Shown: positions 57,487-64,000 of the stretch, in pieces
Layout: each line of letters starts with the position of its first letter
Position numbering within the stretch: position 1 is the stretch's first letter
DNA from: an uncultured Lachnospiraceae bacterium
GTDB lineage: Bacteria; Bacillota; Clostridia; Lachnospirales; Lachnospiraceae
NCBI GenBank assembly: GCA_945919795.1
Contig: CAMEJJ010000014.1
Coordinates: 4,440 to 68,439, forward strand
Reading direction: 5' to 3'
DNA: 64,000 nt
The notes under the pieces: generated by a model
The model's database searches: none
What the model was told of the DNA's origin: nothing
What the model saw: only the letters and a program-made list of their open reading frames with translations
Translations under genes and position numbers: made by a program

Positions 57487-60400
57487 TCACTCCGCAAAAA
57501 GCATGTCAGCATATTTCTGTGCCATATCTACGGCCTCTTCGTATTCAAAATCCTCTACCAATGCAACAATTTCATCAAGTTGAGGTTTCAAAGACTGACC
57601 ATTTAGCGAATACCCGGACATCTTTTCACATAATCTTTCAATTTCATCGAAATCATAAACAAGACAAGCTGCTCTGACCGCAAGAAAGCATTCCTTTGCC
57701 ACCTCAGCCGAAACCTCTTCAAGCTGTTCATTTTCAGGTTGTTCCTCGCTCTCTGGTTTATTCGATACCTCAAGATATTCTTTTCCCAACTCTGCAACCT
57801 TTCCATAAAGAGCAAGTAACTCAGCATTCTTTTCTTTAATCACATCATAATTGCCTGCCTTGCCGGAAAGCTCAAGCGTTTTTGCCAGCTCGGAAAGTTG
57901 CTTAGAACCAATCGTAAGAGATGAGCTTTTTAGAGCATGGACTTCTATTACATAATTTTTCCAATTTTCTTCATGAAAAAGCTGTTCAATATGCTGCGAA
58001 AGTTCGGGAGCCTTTCGGACAAAAAGCGCAAGAATACTGTTATAAGCCTCATTATCCCCACCCATATATTTCAACCCGGCTTCGGGACTAAAAAGCGTAT
58101 CCGTTTCATCGGTCTTTTGAACAGTTTCTTCCGCTTTTTCTTCTGCAATTTGCACTTCTTTCTGCTTAGGTTCATTATTCGCATTACCTGTGTCTATTTG
58201 CACTTCTTCTTCACAAAGGCTTGATGGAATGTGTTCAAAAAGACACTTTTCAATATCCACGCCTGTAAACGGCTTTGAAAGATAATCATCAAAGCCGGCA
58301 TCGAGGTAACTTTGTCTTGCTCCATGAATCGCATTTGCAGTAAGTGCAATAAAACAGGTGTCAGGAGCAAGATTTTCCTCTTTAATTTTTTTGAGTGTCT
58401 CGATACCATCCATTTCCGGCATCATATGATCCAGAAAAACAATGTGATAATTCTTGGTTTTCAGCATCCCAATGCACTTCGCACCACTTGTGGCTATATC
58501 AAGATGAACCTTCGTACGTTTAAGCAGGCTTTTTGCAACCAGCAGATTTGTCTCATTATCATCAACAACCAACACTCTTGCATTTGGTGCAATACGGCCA
58601 GTTCCATCAAAAGTATGCTCTGCTGTTGCCGCTTTAAAGCGTTGCTCAAAATCTCCGATAGGCTCAGCATTTACGATTTGCTGCTCAAGTTCAAAGGAGA
58701 AGGTAGAACCGGAACTGTAAACACTTGTAACCTTTAGTTCGCTTCCCATCATTCCCAGCAGACGCTGCACGATAGACATTCCCAATCCCGTACCTTCAAT
58801 ACTTCGGTTTTTCTCCTGATCAAGACGTTGGAAAGAAGCAAAAAGCTTATCCATATCCTCTTCCTTAATACCGATTCCCGTATCCGTTACACTGACCTCA
58901 AGTCTTACCATTCCACTCTCGATTTGCAATACCTTCATTCTCAACCGGACATAGCCCTCAGGAGTATATTTAACCGCATTGGTAAGAATATTGGTGATAA
59001 CCTGTCTGATTCTTACATCATCACCATAAAGGACCGACGGAATCTCCTCATCAATTTCGTAGATAAATTTGAGTTTTTTCTTCTCAGCCCTTATCCGAAT
59101 CATATTAACCATATCATAAATAAGTGAGCTTACATCATATGAAACGGGCACAATCTCCATTTTGCCCGATTCAATCTTAGAGAAATCCAAAATATCATTG
59201 ATAATGGAAAGAAGCGTTCTGCCTGAACTCTGAATATTTGTGGCATATTCCACGATATTCTTTTCATCCGATTCACGCATAATCATTTCGTTCATACCAA
59301 GAACAGCATTAATCGGAGTTCTGATTTCATGACTCATATTGGCAAGGAAATCATTTTTGGCCTTACCTGCACTGATTGCCTTATCGGCAGCTTCTTTTAA
59401 TTCCCTGTTGACCCTTGCCTGCCATATTGTAATACCATACATAATAACATTTACAATAATGATACATACCGCAAATACAACAAAATATATCAGATTTGAG
59501 TAAATTGCAGCGCCAATAAAATCAAAAAGATCTCTTACAACAAAAACATTGAAACCCGAAATATCTTCCTGCATTGCATAGCACGCTTTTTGCACACCGT
59601 CATAGTCCGTAAACAATACATAGTCACTGCCAATCTCTGAAAGGGCAGTTCTGTAACAGATATCTGCAACATTTACCGAATAGCCGGGCTTCATCTGATA
59701 TTCCTCATTGGGATGATTGAGAATATTTCCTTCCACATCAGTCAGAAAAGCATAACCTGTATCGGTATAGCTTTCTCCAAGGATACCAATCAGTTTGTCA
59801 AGATAATAGTCAATTCCTAAAACACCAATAAAATTTCCTTTTTCGTCATAAACAATCTTGCTAAGTGTCGTACAGTAAAGACCTGTCTGTTCATCCAGAT
59901 AAGGTGCAGAAACATTGAAATTATCCTTAGCCGCTATGGTATCAATATACCACTGTCGTTCTTCAACGTGCCAGTTAGCATCGGGTTCCCAACCGTTATT
60001 CATAAGCACCGTATGTTCCCACTCAGGATTGCATATGTATGCTACGGATATATCATCATATTGCGATATAACCCGATCAAGATATGCAATCGCAGAATCA
60101 TAATCATCCGCAAATCCGGGCTGTGCTGCAATACTTTCTGAAACCACATCCAGAACCGTTTTATTTTGCAGAGCCCATTCCTTGACCTGATCACGATAAA
60201 CTTCCGTTTCCTGTTCCATCTTATTTCTCCCAAGTTTCGCCTGGACCTTGGAATTGGAAACAAATGCAAAAATACCTGTTGCAAGAAGAACGATCGTGAC
60301 AAGTACAATCCATATCACATGATTGACAGAATCCTTCCCCAATTTTTTCCGTTCTTTCTTTTGCTCCGAGCCATTATAACTTTCGGACTCTATCATAAAG

Positions 60401-61542
60401 TTGTCCAACAAATGTTCCATTTCTTTTGCAGAATCATTGATTTCTTCGCCCGCATCTAAGACATCGTTTCCCGAACTACTGAGAATATCAGCACGATTCA
60501 GTATCTTTGAAAGCGGACGCTTTAACTCATGGCTCATTTTGCTCAGATACTCATCCTTTGCAGCCAATGATCTTTCCGCCTTCAACTTTTCACAAAAGAT
60601 ATGAACACAGAATATCACAATGGCAGCTGCAATCATTATCATGAATACAAAAATATACAACATATTGCCTTTGAGCAAGGAATTATCTTCCCCATATTCC
60701 ACGCATACCACAAGATACCATCCGTAATTGGTCTTATCAGAAAAGACATTGTATTTTGCGCCATCTGCCTTGAAATCAAAAGGATTGCCGTAAAGCATAA
60801 AGACCTTGTTGACAAGCTCATTATAAAAATCCAGTTTTCTGTAATCTCTGCCCACATATTCCGGCTGAGAATGTCCCACTATCATACCGTTGGAATCTAC
60901 AATAAAGCTTGTCCCGGTGTTTTGTGAATTCATCTCCTCAATATACTGTTGAAGCTCACTCATATTAAAATCGAGCCCTACAATGGTCGAGCCATCCGAA
61001 AGCATTTTGGAAATGCTGTAACACATTTCGCCCGTACTTGCATCAATATACGGCTCGGTAATATGAACCGAACCCATACTTTTTTTCGCTCCGATATACC
61101 ACGCACGCTCTTCAAGCACGAAATTCTCGTCCGGCACAAAATCGTTTATATAAAGTTCATCATTATATGCGGCATAAGCACTAAAACAATTTCCGTCAGA
61201 TTTGTTCTTTATTTCTTCTATTGTTGCGGTACAGAAATAATCATCCAGAAGTTTTGATACATCTCCATCCATTTCAATTAACTGCTCAATTTGCATTGCC
61301 ACACTGTCAAGCAGACATTCAGAGCGGTAAAGACTTTTGTCTACCCGTCCGGAAATGCTGCCAAGACGCATCTGTCCTTCAGCCTCCACTCTCTTTGTTT
61401 CAGCACGACTTACCAATGCAATATTCATAATGCTCCCGGCTAAGAGTGCAAATATAATAATAAATAAAATTGCCAGATAACTGCCGCTTATTTTCAGATT
61501 GTTTTTCTTCAATGAATTAAGCCCCTTTACATAGATTTTCAT
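57487..61542 (-). CDS. Hybrid sensor histidine kinase/response regulator with two Cache-type extracellular modules, REC and HPt domains
   Basis: First module is followed by a lone HisKA-like KMSHELKRPL. The second is followed by NMSHEIRTPINAV, HATPase (NAVKYTP, DTGIGI, GTGLGMSIV), REC (VLVVDDN..FLDHMMPEMDG) and a C-terminal HPt (HALKSSS). Confidence 0.9.
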   Translation of the reverse strand: MKIYVKGLNSLKKNNLKISGSYLAILFIIIFALLAGSIMNIALVSRAETKRVEAEGQMRLGSISGRVDKSLYRSECLLDSVAMQIEQLIEMDGDVSKLLDDYFCTATIEEIKNKSDGNCFSAYAAYNDELYINDFVPDENFVLEERAWYIGAKKSMGSVHITEPYIDASTGEMCYSISKMLSDGSTIVGLDFNMSELQQYIEEMNSQNTGTSFIVDSNGMIVGHSQPEYVGRDYRKLDFYNELVNKVFMLYGNPFDFKADGAKYNVFSDKTNYGWYLVVCVEYGEDNSLLKGNMLYIFVFMIMIAAAIVIFCVHIFCEKLKAERSLAAKDEYLSKMSHELKRPLSKILNRADILSSSGNDVLDAGEEINDSAKEMEHLLDNFMIESESYNGSEQKKERKKLGKDSVNHVIWIVLVTIVLLATGIFAFVSNSKVQAKLGRNKMEQETEVYRDQVKEWALQNKTVLDVVSESIAAQPGFADDYDSAIAYLDRVISQYDDISVAYICNPEWEHTVLMNNGWEPDANWHVEERQWYIDTIAAKDNFNVSAPYLDEQTGLYCTTLSKIVYDEKGNFIGVLGIDYYLDKLIGILGESYTDTGYAFLTDVEGNILNHPNEEYQMKPGYSVNVADICYRTALSEIGSDYVLFTDYDGVQKACYAMQEDISGFNVFVVRDLFDFIGAAIYSNLIYFVVFAVCIIIVNVIMYGITIWQARVNRELKEAADKAISAGKAKNDFLANMSHEIRTPINAVLGMNEMIMRESDEKNIVEYATNIQSSGRTLLSIINDILDFSKIESGKMEIVPVSYDVSSLIYDMVNMIRIRAEKKKLKFIYEIDEEIPSVLYGDDVRIRQVITNILTNAVKYTPEGYVRLRMKVLQIESGMVRLEVSVTDTGIGIKEEDMDKLFASFQRLDQEKNRSIEGTGLGMSIVQRLLGMMGSELKVTSVYSSGSTFSFELEQQIVNAEPIGDFEQRFKAATAEHTFDGTGRIAPNARVLVVDDNETNLLVAKSLLKRTKVHLDIATSGAKCIGMLKTKNYHIVFLDHMMPEMDGIETLKKIKEENLAPDTCFIALTANAIHGARQSYLDAGFDDYLSKPFTGVDIEKCLFEHIPSSLCEEEVQIDTGNANNEPKQKEVQIAEEKAEETVQKTDETDTLFSPEAGLKYMGGDNEAYNSILALFVRKAPELSQHIEQLFHEENWKNYVIEVHALKSSSLTIGSKQLSELAKTLELSGKAGNYDVIKEKNAELLALYGKVAELGKEYLEVSNKPESEEQPENEQLEEVSAEVAKECFLAVRAACLVYDFDEIERLCEKMSGYSLNGQSLKPQLDEIVALVEDFEYEEAVDMAQKYADMLFAE

Positions 61543-61696
61543 ATCTTTTCCGAATGTTTGCCTTAAATGCTATTGAGATTACAATGCTATTGAGATTGCG
61601 ACAAAACACATAGTAATTCATAAAGTATTCATATATTTTATGGAATTCAAAACACCGTTAAATCCAATGTAGCATAATTTGTCTAAAACAACAAGA

Positions 61697-61820
61697 ATTG
61701 CCAAAATGGAAATGTCGGATATTGCCAAAATGAAAATGTTGGATATTTCAAAAATGGGAATGTCGAAAAATTGCAAAAAATGAATATATCAGGCATTACA
61801 AAAAATGGAAATATCAAAAA
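61697..61820. repeat. Five degenerate tandem repeats of 24-26 bp
   Basis: ATTGCCAAAATGGAAATGTCGGAT / ATTGCCAAAATGAAAATGTTGGAT / ATTTCAAAAATGGGAATGTCGAAAA / ATTGCAAAAAATGAATATATCAGGC / ATTACAAAAAATGGAAATATCAAAAA. Confidence 0.85.
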
Positions 61821-61860
61821 TAATAATTCGCACCGAATTAATAAAAATCCGATGCGAATT
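61812..61860 (-). terminator. Probable terminator after pncB
   Basis: AATTCGCA..TGCGAATT stem followed on the minus strand by ATTATTATTTTTG. Confidence 0.45.
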
Positions 61861-61876
61861 GTATTACTTTATCTTT

Positions 61877-63076
61877 TTATTCATTTTCCATACGCCAGTC
61901 AATACACCTTTGTAAATAATGTACATAATCCGGATTTTTGCACATACCCTTGCCCGGAGTATCAGAAATCTTGGCAACATCCATGCCGTTACATGCGGTT
62001 GTTTTCATAACGATATTGAGAGCCGGAACTTCCGTATCATTTGCAATATAGGTTCCGATTCCAAAAGCAACCTTTGCTTTATCTTTAAAGTAACGATACA
62101 GTTTGTCAGCTTTTTCAAAGTTTAAGCTGTCACTAAATAAAAGTGTCTTGGTCTTCGGATCAATTTCCAGTTCTTTATAATGTTCAATCATCTTATCACC
62201 CCATTCAAACGGATCGCCACTGTCATGACGAAGACCACTGAATAAGGTTGCATAGGTCAATTGAAAATCTTTTAAGAAACAGTCAGTTGTAATGGCATCG
62301 GTAAGTGCAGTTCCGTTTAAAACACCATATTCTTTTACCCATGCATCAAGCGCATACCAGTTGGAATATGCCGGGTTGTGCTTGTGATTCCCCTGTCCGA
62401 CACACATAATCCATTCATGCGCCATGGTTCCTACCGGTGTCAGACCAAATTTCTTAGCCAGATAAACATTGGATGTTCCAACAAATTTAGAATACGGATA
62501 GTTAGCCTTTGCTAATTCTTGTATTGCAAGTTCCTGGGCTTCCGCTGACAGTCTTCTGCGCAGACCAAATTCACTGAAAGCTCCCAACTGATATGTTCCG
62601 TCTGTTAAAAGCTGTATCTTTTTTTGTAATCTTTCTTTAAAACTCTGCATTAATTTTTCATAATCATATGCCATCCTGAAATATACTTCATTGACGATTG
62701 CCAAAGTCGGGATTTCATACATGGAAGTATTGAGCCAGGTTCCCTTTGTTTCGATTGCCAGACCGCATTCGGCATTGGTCGTAATTTCAAAATCTTCATA
62801 ACGCGGTTTCCACAATCTTAAGAAATCAACATAGGAACCTTTGATCCATTTGATATTATTCAGATACTCCAGTTCATCCTCCGTAAATCTCAGATTGCAG
62901 TATAACTGGATCTGTCTCTTAATTTCCGCAACCATCTCATCTGTAAAATGTACATCTTTGTTGCGGCATTTAAAGCTCCATGTTGTTTTGTAATCACTAA
63001 ATTGATGATAAATTGCCTGTCCCATAGACATTTTATACATGTCTGTTTCCAATAAACTTACAATAATCTGCTCCAT
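61877..63076 (-). CDS. pncB: Nicotinate phosphoribosyltransferase
   Basis: 399 aa: LLETDMYKMSMGQAIYHQF, GTSNVYLAKKFGLTPVGTMAHEW, PGKG. Confidence 0.9.
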   Translation of the reverse strand: MEQIIVSLLETDMYKMSMGQAIYHQFSDYKTTWSFKCRNKDVHFTDEMVAEIKRQIQLYCNLRFTEDELEYLNNIKWIKGSYVDFLRLWKPRYEDFEITTNAECGLAIETKGTWLNTSMYEIPTLAIVNEVYFRMAYDYEKLMQSFKERLQKKIQLLTDGTYQLGAFSEFGLRRRLSAEAQELAIQELAKANYPYSKFVGTSNVYLAKKFGLTPVGTMAHEWIMCVGQGNHKHNPAYSNWYALDAWVKEYGVLNGTALTDAITTDCFLKDFQLTYATLFSGLRHDSGDPFEWGDKMIEHYKELEIDPKTKTLLFSDSLNFEKADKLYRYFKDKAKVAFGIGTYIANDTEVPALNIVMKTTACNGMDVAKISDTPGKGMCKNPDYVHYLQRCIDWRMENE

Positions 63077-63121
63077 TGTTTTACTCCTTTTGTATTAGTA
63101 TGTTATCAGGTGCCCGGGTCC

Positions 63122-63143
63122 CAAAGTGCGTAGCAATCCGTTG
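63122..63143 (-). repeat. Short dispersed repeat, copy upstream of pncB
   Basis: CAAAGTGCGTAGCAATCCGTTG, flanked by GGTGCC..GGCATC. Confidence 0.7.
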
Positions 63144-63163
63144 GCATCATCTTTAGCGTCGTC

Positions 63164-64000
63164 TTACCACTCCGTCTTTAAGCCCAAACGTTCTTCAATG
63201 ACTTTTTTAGATTTATCAAATCGGTCGCAATAAGAGCCACTGATTTTATAGTATTCAACCTGATATTTTTTCAAAAGTGTTTCAATCTGATTGCTATATT
63301 TTTCTCTGTCCGCTTTTATTGCTTCATTTCGGGTTCCATCCTGTACAAAATCGACATCCGGTTCTAAAAACAGCACCAGATCCCAGTCATTTATCGCATG
63401 GATAGCCTCCGCTAACTTTTCGCATCTTTCCTGTTCCAAAGAATGATCAGCCAAGAGAAAATTTGCATAGAACAAAGTTGTCAGAGCATCTGTATCAACA
63501 AACAGGATGCGATTACTTTGCTTTTGGGCATCCATCACATTGATTTTCTGTCGCAGGAGGTTTTCATACAAATCATCTGCAATCATATACTCTTCGCCAC
63601 CCGCATACTCACAGGTATCTCTTCCGACTTCGCTTACATAATTTGTATTATATGCCAGTGCCAGATTTACGGCAAGCGTAGACTTTCCTGTACTTTCACC
63701 GCCTAACAACAAAACCTTACATGTATAATACGGTTTACAGACATTCGGGATATAATCCCAGTGGGACAGTGCCCACTCCCGAATTTCCGTAGAACTAATC
63801 GGAACTTCCTTCCGGTCAAAATAATGAACAACACTTTCCGGACAGTAAAGACTTTCAAATCGATTTGTACCAAGATAATCCGTGCCACAAAATACAATAT
63901 CAATCGGTTTTCCTATCGCAGCCTTGATATCCTTTGCACCGTTTTCCCAAAAGTAGTCTGTATCATATTCTTCTTTGGATACCGCTTCATCTTCAATCAA
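63164..64000 (-). CDS. nadR: NadR-type bifunctional NMN adenylyltransferase/ribosylnicotinamide kinase, 5'-partial (continues beyond window end)
   Basis: Walker A LLLGGESTGKSTLAVNLA, FVDTDALTT, and DGTRNEAIKADREKY in the kinase half. The nucleotidyltransferase half is truncated by the window edge. Confidence 0.65.
   Translation of the reverse strand: MIEDEAVSKEEYDTDYFWENGAKDIKAAIGKPIDIVFCGTDYLGTNRFESLYCPESVVHYFDRKEVPISSTEIREWALSHWDYIPNVCKPYYTCKVLLLGGESTGKSTLAVNLALAYNTNYVSEVGRDTCEYAGGEEYMIADDLYENLLRQKINVMDAQKQSNRILFVDTDALTTLFYANFLLADHSLEQERCEKLAEAIHAINDWDLVLFLEPDVDFVQDGTRNEAIKADREKYSNQIETLLKKYQVEYYKISGSYCDRFDKSKKVIEERLGLKTEW

Noticed and set aside
61697-61820. Possible CRISPR array
   Set aside because: The units are contiguous degenerate 24-26-bp repeats with no unique spacers between them, and there are no cas genes nearby.

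Overview
Firmicutes (Clostridia, Lachnospiraceae-like by gene content) chromosomal window, transcribed almost entirely on the minus strand. Positions 1 to about 28,316 are the integrase-proximal ~28 kb of a temperate phage whose left end lies outside the window. Right to left on the minus strand the prophage carries: a large serine recombinase at the junction, then a SymE-like gene pair. Next comes a visibly AT-rich accessory island with an AlwI/BspD6I-like two-subunit type IIS restriction-modification system (two methyltransferases, a C protein) and a 631-aa ImmA/IrrE-HTH fusion protein, followed by a sigma-region-4-like regulator. The replication module (DUF2800, DUF2815, PolA on plus; P4-type primase, VRR-NUC, SNF2 on minus) is split into two divergent operons around a four-copy ~72-bp repeat region. 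Beyond it lie a DUF1492-type regulator, HNH plus P27 small terminase, a methylation block (compact MetK-like SAM synthetase, ParB-fused N6/N4 MTase, long C5 MTase) and amidoligase-associated genes. The phage-chromosome junction lies inside the 3' end of comEC, which loses its conserved C-terminus. This is the observation I rank highest, as a possible excision-gated host gene, like skin/sigK, SPbeta/spsM and comK prophages. The rest (28.3-64 kb) is core chromosome. It holds comEC, gerM, a two-component system, comEA, an arginine cluster (argC, argB, argD) interrupted by unrelated genes, degV, dispersed spoVAE/spoVAD and ridA. It also holds c-di-GMP and chemotaxis signalling genes, a Ser/Thr kinase flanked by MITE-like palindromic repeats, glpK, a 1351-aa hybrid histidine kinase, pncB and a nadR-like gene. 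Several short repeat families sit in intergenic regions. I saw no rRNA, tRNA or CRISPR array. All family assignments come from motifs read by eye and from memory of the families; nothing was searched against a database.
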